This document shows positions 30,359 to 39,869 of a DNA stretch of 64,000 nucleotides, piece after piece. The DNA is taken from NCBI GenBank assembly GCA_963803805.1, contig CAWDOD010000002.1, forward strand, positions 448,001 to 512,000. Reading direction: 5' to 3'. The notes under the pieces are model-generated. The model was not told the origin of the DNA and made no database searches. It was given only the letters and a program-made list of their open reading frames with translations. How positions within the stretch are numbered: position 1 is the stretch's first letter; the number at the start of each line of letters is the position of its first letter. The DNA comes from an uncultured cyanobacterium (GTDB taxonomy: Bacteria; Cyanobacteriota; Cyanobacteriia; Cyanobacteriales; CAWCAG01). A program made the translations under genes and the position numbers.

Positions 30359-32383
30359 ATGCAAAACTCTACAGCAAAACATCAACATCATCACAACGGA
30401 CATGAGCATCATAGTCATGGTGGCCATGACAAACACGCAGGGCATAGTCCAGAAATATTTAAACGTCGCTTTTTCATCTGTCTAATCCTCACCATACCAA
30501 TACTTTACTTTTCTTCTCAACTGCAAAGCTGGTTAGGCTATCAAGCTATGGAATTTCCGGGTTCTAATTGGATTAATCCAGTCTTTGGCATTATTCTTTA
30601 CTTCTACGGTGGCTGGGTATTCCTTAAAGGTGCATGGCATGAATTACGCAGTCAGATTGGCATGATGACTCTCATTGCCTTAGCGATTACCGTAGCTTTT
30701 GTTTATAGCCTAGCGGTATCTTTCGGTCTTCAGGGCAAGCCTTTTTACTGGGAATTGGCTACCTTAATTGATATTATGCTTCTCGGTCACTGGATTGAAA
30801 TGGCATCTGTAAAAGGTGCATCCCAAGCCTTAGAATCTCTCAAAGAATTAGTTCCTGCCCAGGCGCATTTGTTACGCAATGGCAAAGTTGAAGATATTCC
30901 TGTCAGGGAGGTGACAGCAGAAGATGTCATTTTGATTCGTCCTGGAGAACAAATTCCTAACGATGGAGAAGTAATTGAAGGGGTAACAGAAGTAGATGAA
31001 GCCTTCCTAACTGGGGAATCTCGCCCTATTGCTAAACAAGAAGGAGATGGGGTGGTTGCAGGTTCAGTTAACAATGCAGGTTCAATTAAGGTTAGGGTTA
31101 CTCGCACAGGTGATGAAACTACCCTGAGCCAAATCATGCGTTTGGTGGAGGAAGCACAAAATTCCCGTAGTCGCTATCAGGTTTTAGCAGATCGTACTGC
31201 TTTTTGGCTAACTTTGATTGCGATCGCAGCAGGGACATTAACGTTTATTATTTGGCTCTCTTTGTCTGATTTAGTGTTTGCTATTAACCGGACGGTAACT
31301 GTTTTGGTAATTACCTGTCCCCATGCTTTGGGTTTAGCTATTCCTTTGGTTATTGCTAACTCTACAGCTTTGGCTGCTAAAAATGGTATTTTGGTACGCA
31401 ACCGCGATGTTTTAGAAAGGGCCAAAGATATTAAAATTATGGCTTTTGATAAGACGGGAACTTTAACGGAAGGGCATTTTGGGGTAGAGGAAGTTTATAC
31501 TGAGAGTCTAGATAGAGAAGAAGCACTAGCTATTGCCGCAGCTTTGGAAACTTCTTCGGAACATCCTTTAGGTAAAGCTATAGTTGAAACAGCAGAATTG
31601 GAACAATTAGATTTACCGCAAATGAAAGATTTTGAGACAGTCACAGGGAGAGGTGTTAAAGGCAGAGTTAACGGTAAAATCTATCAGATTGGTAGACCAG
31701 AATGGATTGAAGAGTTGCAGTTGCATTTGCCTTTCTCTTTGCAAAGAGCCTTAGATATTGCCGATGAGAGGGGTGAAAGTGCAGTTGTCTTGTTGGACGA
31801 GGAAAGAGCGATCGCCGTTATTTCTCTGGCGGATAAGGTTAGAGCAAGAGCCAGGGAAACCATTAATAAATTAAAGGCAGAAAGTATCCAACCAGTTATG
31901 ATTACAGGGGATGCGGAGGCGGTTGCTAAAACAGTTGCTAAGGATTTAGGTATTGATAAATACTATGCCCGTGTATTACCTGAAGACAAGGTAAATATTA
32001 TCAAACGGCTCAAACAACAGCAACCAACAGCTTTTGTAGGTGACGGGATTAACGATGCAGCAGCATTACTGGAAGCTAATATGGGTTTGGCGATTGGGGC
32101 AGGAACCAATGTAGCGATTGAATCTGCGGATTTAGTTTTAATTGAAGATGATCCTTTAGATGCAGTTAAAGCTCTTAATTTAGCGAAAAAAACCTACAGT
32201 AAGATGATTCAAAACCTCTTTTGGGCGACAGGTTACAATGTTATTGCTATCCCCTTAGCGGCTGGAGTGCTTTCTGCTTGGGGATTTGTGCTTTCTCCTG
32301 CTATTGGGGCATTGTTGATGAGTTTATCGACAGTAATTGTGGCGATTAATGCTGTACTCTTAGGGAGAGCTAAACTTGCTTAG
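30359..32383 (+). CDS. Copper-translocating P1B-type ATPase (CPH motif, CopB-like)
   Basis: His-rich N-terminus, LTGES, CPHALGL, DKTGT, SEHP, GDGIND, YN and MSLST. ATG 30359 is preferred because the GTG at 30308 lies inside the operator. Confidence 0.95.
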   Translation: MQNSTAKHQHHHNGHEHHSHGGHDKHAGHSPEIFKRRFFICLILTIPILYFSSQLQSWLGYQAMEFPGSNWINPVFGIILYFYGGWVFLKGAWHELRSQIGMMTLIALAITVAFVYSLAVSFGLQGKPFYWELATLIDIMLLGHWIEMASVKGASQALESLKELVPAQAHLLRNGKVEDIPVREVTAEDVILIRPGEQIPNDGEVIEGVTEVDEAFLTGESRPIAKQEGDGVVAGSVNNAGSIKVRVTRTGDETTLSQIMRLVEEAQNSRSRYQVLADRTAFWLTLIAIAAGTLTFIIWLSLSDLVFAINRTVTVLVITCPHALGLAIPLVIANSTALAAKNGILVRNRDVLERAKDIKIMAFDKTGTLTEGHFGVEEVYTESLDREEALAIAAALETSSEHPLGKAIVETAELEQLDLPQMKDFETVTGRGVKGRVNGKIYQIGRPEWIEELQLHLPFSLQRALDIADERGESAVVLLDEERAIAVISLADKVRARARETINKLKAESIQPVMITGDAEAVAKTVAKDLGIDKYYARVLPEDKVNIIKRLKQQQPTAFVGDGINDAAALLEANMGLAIGAGTNVAIESADLVLIEDDPLDAVKALNLAKKTYSKMIQNLFWATGYNVIAIPLAAGVLSAWGFVLSPAIGALLMSLSTVIVAINAVLLGRAKLA

Positions 32384-32406
32384 TAGCTAATAGTTTAGGG
32401 GAAGCT

Positions 32407-33105
32407 ATGCATATTCTCTTAGTTGAAGATGAACCAGACTTGGGGACAGCCATCAAACGCACTCTCCAGCAAGAAGCTTATATAGTGGATTTGGTGGGTG
32501 ATGGTAACGAGGCTTGGGGGCTTTTAGAGAGTAACTGGACTGAATATACTTTGGCAATTTTTGACTGGCTGCTGCCGGGACAATCGGGGTTAGAATTGGT
32601 TAAGAAAGTGCGATCGCAAGATAATCCTTTACCTGTTTTAATGTTAACTGCCAAGGATACCCAAGCAGACAAAGTGGCAGGGTTAGACGCTGGTGCAGAT
32701 GATTATTTAGTTAAACCTTTTGGTATGGCAGAACTTTTGGCGAGAATGCGGGCTTTGCAACGGCGCTCTCCCCAACTGCAACCACCAAAGTTGCAAGTGG
32801 GGAATTTTTGTTTAGATTATGCTACCCATCAAGTTTATTGGGAAGATACTCAAGGAGAAAGTCAGGAAATTCCCCTGACGGCTAAGGAGTTTCAGCTTTT
32901 AGAATATTTTATGAGACACCCTCAACAAATTGTCACCCGCGACCAAATATTAGACCAAATTTGGGAGGTGGGAACTGAACCAATGAGTAATGTAGTGGCA
33001 GCCCAGATGCGTCTTTTACGTCGTAAACTGGCTCAATATAACTACGACTCTGTAATTGAAACGGTTTATGGTTTAGGATATCGCTTTAATATGGAAAAGG
33101 AGTAG
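32407..33105 (+). CDS. OmpR-family response regulator, RppA/CopR type
   Basis: LLVEDE, DWLLPG, GADDYLVKPF, SNVVAAQMRLLRRKL. Confidence 0.93.
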   Translation: MHILLVEDEPDLGTAIKRTLQQEAYIVDLVGDGNEAWGLLESNWTEYTLAIFDWLLPGQSGLELVKKVRSQDNPLPVLMLTAKDTQADKVAGLDAGADDYLVKPFGMAELLARMRALQRRSPQLQPPKLQVGNFCLDYATHQVYWEDTQGESQEIPLTAKEFQLLEYFMRHPQQIVTRDQILDQIWEVGTEPMSNVVAAQMRLLRRKLAQYNYDSVIETVYGLGYRFNMEKE

Positions 33106-33120
33106 AAAACAGGAAGTGGG

Positions 33121-34473
33121 GTGGGAAATACATTATTTAAAACAACACGCTGGCGACTTGCTAGTTGGTATGCCGGGATAACGGCTGCTATACTTAGTTT
33201 GTTTGGCTTTGCCGTTTATGAAGCAATTGCCCATGCCCATCGAGTTACAGTAGAAAGAGAACTCAAATCTGTTTCTGCTACCATCCACAACAGTTTAGAA
33301 TCAGTACTAATTGAACCAGGAAAAATAGACCTCGAAGAAGTTAGGTTTTTACCTAGTCTTTGTCTAGTAAAAACAACCTGTTCTGCTCCAAATAATCAAG
33401 CTGATCATACCCTAACTAATGCTATAGTTCAAGATGATTATTATCTAACTTTGGTAGATATTTCTGGAAATACTATTGCTTATACTGGTGCATTTCCTAA
33501 GCATTTATCAATAACATCTGTAGAAAAAAAATGGCAGACTTTACAGGACAACCAAAACCGAAATTACCGACAAACATCTCTTTTACTCCACACTAAAGAC
33601 AATCAAATCTGGGGTTATTTATTAGTAGGACGTTCTTTAGAAGAGATAGATGATTATTTAGCAATTGTCAGATTAATTTTGTTGTTAGGATTACCCTTAA
33701 CTATGCTTTTTGTGGGTGTTGCTAGTTGGTGGTTAGGGAAACTGGCGATGGAACCTGTTTACCAATCCTACCGACAAATTCAGCAATTTACTGCTGATGC
33801 AGCCCATGAGTTGCGTACTCCTTTAGCCGCAATTCGGGCGACAGTAGAATCTACCCAAAGGATGCCTCACCTGAAGGAAGTAGAAGCGAGGGAAACTCTA
33901 CAAGTTATTGCGAGGCAAAATTCTCGTTTAGTACAGCTTGTGGAAGGGTTACTACTCCTTTCACGGGTAGATAAACAAGGGATGTTATCCTTTGCTAATT
34001 TACCACAGGATACTATTTCTCTTAATGATTTGGTTGAGGATTTAACTGAAGAACTTGCCCCCTTAGCCAGAATAGCAAAGGTAGAATTAAGTGCAGAAAT
34101 ACAAGTTTCTCATGTAATTAAAGTAACAGGTAATGAAGAACAGTTATATCGTCTGGTCGCTAATTTAGTTACTAATGCTATTAATTACACTCCTGCTGGG
34201 GGTAAAGTAAAAGTGGTTTTAGATATTTCTACTTCCTCATCACAAGCTGTTATTAAGGTACAAGATACGGGCATTGGTATTGCACCGGAGCAACAAAAAA
34301 AAGTTTTTAAACGTTTTTATCGAATTGATAGCGATCGCTCTCGAAAAACAGGAGGATTTGGTTTAGGATTGCCCATTGCTTTGGCCCTAGCCCAAGCTCA
34401 TCAAGGTAGCATTGAACTGCAAAGTTCTTTAGGTAATGGTAGTACTTTTAGGGTTTACTTACCTTTTGATTGA
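33121..34473 (+). CDS. Sensor histidine kinase, RppB/CopS type
   Basis: LFKTTRWRLASWY, YEAIAHAH, FTADAAHELRTPL, N/G1/F/G2 boxes. Confidence 0.93.
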   Translation: MGNTLFKTTRWRLASWYAGITAAILSLFGFAVYEAIAHAHRVTVERELKSVSATIHNSLESVLIEPGKIDLEEVRFLPSLCLVKTTCSAPNNQADHTLTNAIVQDDYYLTLVDISGNTIAYTGAFPKHLSITSVEKKWQTLQDNQNRNYRQTSLLLHTKDNQIWGYLLVGRSLEEIDDYLAIVRLILLLGLPLTMLFVGVASWWLGKLAMEPVYQSYRQIQQFTADAAHELRTPLAAIRATVESTQRMPHLKEVEARETLQVIARQNSRLVQLVEGLLLLSRVDKQGMLSFANLPQDTISLNDLVEDLTEELAPLARIAKVELSAEIQVSHVIKVTGNEEQLYRLVANLVTNAINYTPAGGKVKVVLDISTSSSQAVIKVQDTGIGIAPEQQKKVFKRFYRIDSDRSRKTGGFGLGLPIALALAQAHQGSIELQSSLGNGSTFRVYLPFD

Positions 34474-34568
34474 CGAGGGCGAGTTTGCCACCACATCATA
34501 ATACCTGTAACTGCCAAAAGTAATAACCCAAAAGCATTTAAAAAAGGATAAATCATCTCTAGATTAAT
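34455..34568 (-). pseudogene. 3' remnant of a PepSY-associated TM protein
   Basis: INLEMIYPFLNAFGLLLLAVTGIMMWWQTRPRQSKGK*; resemblance is lost upstream of 34568. Confidence 0.65.
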
Positions 34569-34979
34569 ACATATACTAGTTTTGATAGGCGTAGTGATCG
34601 CTCTGCTAAGTATTACTTCACCTTAGAAATTCCTGAAGATACTGGGGAATCACTCAAGGCAGTCAAAATTAAACAGCGAGAATATTTTGCAGACGTTGTT
34701 GAATTTAAAGCAGAAAAAAGTCGTACTTTTATTGGTGATCGCTCTGCCCAAGGAAAAGAAATATCCCTAGCTGTAGTAGGGGGAGATGCTCAACCGGGGG
34801 AAACCACAGTTACTTTTGAGCAGCCCGTCTCCCCTGGTAACAGGGTGACAGTTATGGTCAAACCCAAGCGCAATCCGCAAACAGTAGGAGTTTACTTATT
34901 TGGCGTGACAGTTTATCCAGAAGGAGAAGATAGCCTTGGTATATACCTTGGCCCTGGTCGTTTGCACATTCATGATTGA
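34563..34979 (+). pseudogene. 5'-truncated DUF2808 protein
   Basis: Open frame ..YYFTLEIPEDTGESL...VTFEQPVSPGNRVTV..KPKRNP..GVYLFGVTVYPEG..G.GRL; no start codon or signal peptide, upstream stop at 34560. Confidence 0.85.
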
Positions 34980-35101
34980 TACCAAACCCGGCCTAGTTCC
35001 ACAGGTTATTTGCGGGAGTTGGGAGTCGATTTTGAGAACTTTATTCGGTGGATTTTATGGTAGACCTATTGTACGGGGATTTGGTATCAGTTCTCAACAA
35101 A

Positions 35102-35118
35102 TTTCATTACTGTTTCAT
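35102..35118 (+). promoter_or_regulatory. CopR/RppA-type direct-repeat box
   Basis: TTTCAT-TACTG-TTTCAT about 60 bp upstream of the ATG at 35178. Confidence 0.75.
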
Positions 35119-35177
35119 ATTGTTGAGTCAAGCTAAAACCATCTAGTAAATCATGGCTTCATGGACATTAAGCATCA

Positions 35178-36584
35178 ATGGGAAAACAATCAATCAAAAG
35201 CTTAGCAGCCTTGGCTTTAACCGCAGCCACAATAGTAACTAGTTTTACACCATTGGCTGCGATCGCAGAGCAAAGAAACTCTGTTGCTCATCCTCGCACC
35301 CCCTACCGTTTAGCTTTTTATAATCGCCACAGGCGTAGCTACCGAGTAGCAGGCGCTCTTCATTTTGCCCATAGTAAGTTACACGATGTCCTCTTACTAA
35401 CCCCCTTTGAGAGGCACACAGAGGAAGATAGCAAACTGTACAAAGCAATCCTCGCTTTCTACAACGACCCGCCTCGCATTGAGCCAAGTATGGAATTGTA
35501 TGCTCCTTATACCGCCCGTGCTACCTGGCGACTTTTCCGTACCATTGATTCAGTGCATCTCTTGCATGAAATGACTGAAGATGTTATGTCAGACCAGGAT
35601 GTTGCTTGGGAGGAGAAGGGAGAGACGCTTCAGGAAGCCTATGAATACTACATCTCAAAATATCCAGATATTGCCCTTTCTCCTGCCCCTTTAGATGTCA
35701 CCATGCGTCGTGCTGGGGTAATGATGAAACCCTATTTCACCCTCACTCGCAACTACTATCCCCAAAATAATAACTTCTTCTATGCTGCCCATTGGTGGCA
35801 TCCTGCGGTTTATGAATCTATGATGATTGGGGGCAATGATCAAGAGCAGGATATGATGATGGAGAAGATGGAGGAAGTTTTTCAAACTCAGGTTATACCC
35901 AACCCACCACAACGGATGATTATTAGCAGAGAAGGAATGCCTCGCTACAGTCGTCTTTCTCCAGAAACAGCTAATATTTTTGACAACCTGCATATGCTCC
36001 ATGGCATCACCTATGATATCTTTGCCTATGATGGTTGGACTGTTGAACAGAAACGGGCTGAACTTTATCGCGTCCTTGATGCGATGAGTTACCAACCAGG
36101 AGATGAAAAAATAGCTCGTAAGTTTACAACTCCGAAACCCAATCTCAATCCTCTTGCTTACGATGATTGGAGCAAAAATGTCAATGGTGCTATGACTGAG
36201 ATGATGATGGAGATGCTGGCTGAGATGATGCCGATGATGATGCAGCACGAGAATATGAATTCTGAAATGCCTCAAATGCAGCGCAGTAATATGAGTCCTG
36301 AAATGCACCAGATGCACCAACAACTCATGGCTCAGTTGAAACTAAAACTCGCTCCAGGTATTCAAGAAGGGGAAATTTCTGGTTCCTTTATGGATGCCAT
36401 GATGGAGATGATGCCAATGATGCAAATGTCTCCTGAAGCAATGGCCCCAGGGCAAATCAACCCGATGATGATCGAAGCAATGCTCAAAGGATGGCAAGAA
36501 AAATATGGCTCTTTGCCTGATATTAAACCCCTACCAATGAATAGCGAACCCTCTGCCCAGCAATATTTGTCAGGTAATAAGTAA
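35178..36584 (+). CDS. Uncharacterised secreted His-motif/Met-rich protein
   Basis: Sec signal ending AIA; four HxxH motifs; very Met-rich C-terminus. Confidence 0.8.
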   Translation: MGKQSIKSLAALALTAATIVTSFTPLAAIAEQRNSVAHPRTPYRLAFYNRHRRSYRVAGALHFAHSKLHDVLLLTPFERHTEEDSKLYKAILAFYNDPPRIEPSMELYAPYTARATWRLFRTIDSVHLLHEMTEDVMSDQDVAWEEKGETLQEAYEYYISKYPDIALSPAPLDVTMRRAGVMMKPYFTLTRNYYPQNNNFFYAAHWWHPAVYESMMIGGNDQEQDMMMEKMEEVFQTQVIPNPPQRMIISREGMPRYSRLSPETANIFDNLHMLHGITYDIFAYDGWTVEQKRAELYRVLDAMSYQPGDEKIARKFTTPKPNLNPLAYDDWSKNVNGAMTEMMMEMLAEMMPMMMQHENMNSEMPQMQRSNMSPEMHQMHQQLMAQLKLKLAPGIQEGEISGSFMDAMMEMMPMMQMSPEAMAPGQINPMMIEAMLKGWQEKYGSLPDIKPLPMNSEPSAQQYLSGNK

Positions 36585-36592
36585 TAGGTAAT

Positions 36593-37360
36593 ATGCAAAA
36601 ATCATACACTTTAGTTTATCTGGCGATTGTATCCCTCATCGCCACAGTTTTCCCTCAAATAGCGACAGCCGCAGACCATCTTAACTTAGAAGAAGGGCTA
36701 CCTACTGAGGTTGAAGATGCTTATCCGATTCCTTACCAGGGTATAGAGGTGCAAGGAGTGTTTCGTTATGAACGTACAGGGGAAGGGGAAGATAGTTTTG
36801 TGATTGAACCCCGTATTGAATATGGCTTTGCTCCTAATTGGCAAGGAAGGATTGCTGTACCAACGCAATTTGGTTCGGCAGAAGAAGACGGCTTGGGAGA
36901 TGTGGGGGTTGAAGTATTTTATAACTTTAATACCGAGACTTTAAATACCCCAGCTTTTGCTGTTTCTGTGGGTGCAGACTTTCCTACTAGCGAAGAGGGT
37001 GCAGGAGTTGATCCTACAGTTAAGTTGCTGATGACTAAGACTTTGGGGACTGGGGCTAATTTAGACCGTCTCCATGTTAATGTTGGTTATACTTACAACG
37101 ATGCTCGACAAGGGGGAGAAAGAAGTGATCGCATCCAAGCTATTGCAGGTTATAGTCGTCGTCTCAATTCAGAAACTATATTGGTGACAAACTTTGTTTT
37201 TGAACAAGAGGAAGAGGAAAACGAGGATGCTTATATTTTGGAGTTGGGGGTACGCCATCAGTTGTCACCTCTAACGGTTTTGTCTATTGGCGCTGGTGCT
37301 GGGTTGACTGAAGATTCTCCCGATTTCCGAATTACGGCGGGTTTTCAACAATCTTTTTAA
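36593..37360 (+). CDS. Outer-membrane beta-barrel (MetA-pathway/'transporter'-like)
   Basis: Signal peptide, amphipathic strands, GLGDV, PDFRITAGFQQSF with terminal Phe; starts 8 bp after the previous gene. Confidence 0.75.
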   Translation: MQKSYTLVYLAIVSLIATVFPQIATAADHLNLEEGLPTEVEDAYPIPYQGIEVQGVFRYERTGEGEDSFVIEPRIEYGFAPNWQGRIAVPTQFGSAEEDGLGDVGVEVFYNFNTETLNTPAFAVSVGADFPTSEEGAGVDPTVKLLMTKTLGTGANLDRLHVNVGYTYNDARQGGERSDRIQAIAGYSRRLNSETILVTNFVFEQEEEENEDAYILELGVRHQLSPLTVLSIGAGAGLTEDSPDFRITAGFQQSF

Positions 37361-37429
37361 CTTCTAATACAAAAATAGTCTTGACCATGAAGATTTGAGT
37401 ATGGTGGGAAATTTGTTAATCCAAGCTTA

Positions 37430-37518
37430 TACCAATTCTCATTAACCATGCACTAAATAAAGACTGTTAACATTTGGAATGCTTTGAGTATTTAGTGCAA
37501 TCTCTGTGGTAATTGGTA
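37430..37518. mobile_element. 89-bp MITE with TTA target duplication
   Basis: TTA|TACCAATT...AATTGGTA|TTA, plus a symmetric inner repeat TGCACTAAATA/TATTTAGTGCA. Confidence 0.8.
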
Positions 37519-37547
37519 TTAGTCGTTAAGTCTGGTAACAAATAAAT

Positions 37548-37564
37548 ATGAAATTACCATGAAA
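37548..37564. promoter_or_regulatory. OmpR-type (RppA/CopR-like) direct-repeat box
   Basis: ATGAAA-TTACC-ATGAAA upstream of the permease gene. Confidence 0.65.
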
Positions 37565-37671
37565 TCCTGCTATCTCAATAGTTGGAAGTTGAGATTATCT
37601 CTTCTGTTAGACGCGATCGCGATTCATGATTGTCTAACATTTTATTTAGCAAAATAGTTTGAGATTGATTT

Positions 37672-38940
37672 ATGAATGATGGAGGATTTTTAAGTTCTTA
37701 TAGCGAAGCCGTACTTACTTCCCTAAGCTATTTTTGGAAGGCACTATGGGCCTTTATTATTGGCTATATTGTTAGTAGTGCCATCCAGGTATTCGTTACT
37801 CGCGAACGAATGCAAAAAACTATGGGAGAAGCAGGGAAAAAAAGTATTGCTTTAGGTACTTTCTTTGGCTTTATCTCTAGTTCCTGTAGTTTTGCTGCTT
37901 TATCTACCACTAAATCTCTCTTCAAAAAAGGTGCAGGTTTTGTACCTTCTTTAGCTTTTTTATTAGCTTCAACCAATCTTGTTATCGAACTGGGTTTTAT
38001 TATCGCCATCTTTTTAGGTTGGCAATTTGTTGTTGGGGAATATCTTGGGGGGATATTATTAATCCTTTTGACCTGGTTGATTGTTAAATATACTCGTCCT
38101 AAAAAGTTACTCAAAAAAGCGAGAAGACGCTTAAACGAAAAAGAAGGAGAAGACAAACAAAATGGAGATGCCCCTAACTGGAAAGATAAAATTACTAGCA
38201 AACAGGGATGGCAACAGGTAGCCAAAAAGTACTTCATGGAATGGGGTATGGTTTGGAAGGATGTAACTTTTGGTTTTACTGTGGCGGGAATCATTGCTGC
38301 ATTTGTACCCCGTTCTTTTTTCCAGACTCTGTTTATGGGTGCTGGTACACAAAATCCTAGCTTTTTAGCCATCTTAGAAAATACTTTAGTTGGACCAGTA
38401 GCAGCTTTTTTTACTTTTATTGGTTCGATGGGAAATATTCCTTTAGCAGCAATTTTGTTTAACAATGGGGTTAGCTTTGCGGGGGTAATGGCGTTTATTT
38501 TTAGCGATCTGGTGGTTTTTCCTGTAATTCGCGTTAATGCTAAATATTACGGTTGGAAGCTTGCTTTATATATCGTAGGTGTTTTCTTTGCAGCTTTAGT
38601 AGCAACAGCAATTGTTATGCACTACGGTTTTTCTTTGTTTGGTGTTTTACCAAAGAGTGCAGCCTCTGCCAATCCTCAATCAACAGAGCGTTTTGCCATT
38701 GATTATACCTTCTGGCTCAATTTAGCATTTTTAGCGGTTACCGGAGTTTTAGCTTGGTTGCGCTTTGGTAGTGGTAAAAAACAAAAAGGTCAACATGATC
38801 AACAACCGCATCACAATCATAAAGAACACAGCAGCGGTAAACAAGGATTTACAGAAAAGCTTCTGTTTTGGCTAGCTATCTTATCTTATATCTGGCTGGT
38901 TGGGGGTATCGTTGTTAGTTTATTTGTAAGCAGTCAGTAG
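37672..38940 (+). CDS. Permease, DUF318/ArsP-like family
   Basis: SSSCSFAA, ASTNLVIELG, SMGNIPLAA, FIFSDL; His-rich loop. Confidence 0.88.
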   Translation: MNDGGFLSSYSEAVLTSLSYFWKALWAFIIGYIVSSAIQVFVTRERMQKTMGEAGKKSIALGTFFGFISSSCSFAALSTTKSLFKKGAGFVPSLAFLLASTNLVIELGFIIAIFLGWQFVVGEYLGGILLILLTWLIVKYTRPKKLLKKARRRLNEKEGEDKQNGDAPNWKDKITSKQGWQQVAKKYFMEWGMVWKDVTFGFTVAGIIAAFVPRSFFQTLFMGAGTQNPSFLAILENTLVGPVAAFFTFIGSMGNIPLAAILFNNGVSFAGVMAFIFSDLVVFPVIRVNAKYYGWKLALYIVGVFFAALVATAIVMHYGFSLFGVLPKSAASANPQSTERFAIDYTFWLNLAFLAVTGVLAWLRFGSGKKQKGQHDQQPHHNHKEHSSGKQGFTEKLLFWLAILSYIWLVGGIVVSLFVSSQ

Positions 38941-38975
38941 AATTCACCCTCATCAAAATTTATGCTGTTTGGCTC

Positions 38976-39007
38976 TTGACTCTCCAGTGAAGTAGAAAGT
39001 TTATCAT
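38976..39007 (+). promoter_or_regulatory. MerR-type promoter/operator (copy 3)
   Basis: TTGACT-N20-TATCAT with dyad ACTCTCCA...TAGAAAGT. Confidence 0.85.
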
Positions 39008-39040
39008 AAATTTAATAGCTCACTCACACTAAATAAAATT

Positions 39041-39850
39041 ATGACTAATACTACAACTACAGAAAAAGTTAAACTGTATAGAATGTCTACTCCAGAACAT
39101 GAATGTCCCTGGGGATTAAAAGCCGTCAAATTACTTAAGGAAAAAGGAATTGACTTTGAGGATAACAAACTCAAATCGAAAGAAGAAACAGAGGCTTTTA
39201 AAGGGAAGCATCAAGTCTCAACCACACCGCAAATTTTCTTTGATGATCAAAGGATTGGCGGCTACACAGACTTAGCCGAAAAGTTAGATGTAGAAGCAGA
39301 AGGGGCAGAGTATTCTTATACTCCGGTTATTGCTATATTTTCTACCGCAGGGCTGATGGCATTAGCCACTACGGCAGGTGTAACCGGATTTATGGGCTTC
39401 TCCCTCTCTTTACTTGCTTCTTTAAAGCTGATGGATATTGAATCTTTTGCCGAGAGTTTTGCCAAATACGACTTGATAACCAAAAGAATTAAACCTTATG
39501 CAAAGGTGTATCCTTTTGCCGAACTTGCCATCGGACTTGGTTTTCTCTCCGGCATTGCACCCTTAGCAACGGGAATAACTTCTTTGCTTGTCGGTATTAG
39601 TGGAGGAGTTTCGGTATTTAAAGCAGTATACATCGATAAGTTGGCACTCAACTGTGCTTGTGTGGGAGGAAATTCTCAAACCCCTTTAGGAGTGGTTAGT
39701 TTTGCTGAGAATGCAATTATGGCCATTATGGGGGCAAGCCTGATTTTCTCTGCTGCCACATCAGAAGTGGAATCAACAAAGCTAAGAGAAATACAATCTG
39801 TTAGGAATATTGAAGTGCAAAATACTACTGTAGATAAGCTGGGTGACTGA
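39041..39850 (+). CDS. Glutaredoxin-MauE/DoxX fusion membrane protein
   Basis: HECPWG, TTPQIF, RIGGY; FAKYDL, YPFAEL, CACVGG, ENAIM. Confidence 0.9.
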   Translation: MTNTTTTEKVKLYRMSTPEHECPWGLKAVKLLKEKGIDFEDNKLKSKEETEAFKGKHQVSTTPQIFFDDQRIGGYTDLAEKLDVEAEGAEYSYTPVIAIFSTAGLMALATTAGVTGFMGFSLSLLASLKLMDIESFAESFAKYDLITKRIKPYAKVYPFAELAIGLGFLSGIAPLATGITSLLVGISGGVSVFKAVYIDKLALNCACVGGNSQTPLGVVSFAENAIMAIMGASLIFSAATSEVESTKLREIQSVRNIEVQNTTVDKLGD

Positions 39851-39869
39851 CAGAAGTTATGTAGTGTAA

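Noticed and set aside
34936-35136. 66-aa ORF
   Set aside because: Overlaps the DUF2808 remnant out of frame and covers the regulator box.
35691-36323. 210-aa His-rich minus-strand ORF in the copper island
   Set aside because: The CAT codons are reverse complements of the ATG codons of the Met-rich gene; it is a shadow ORF.
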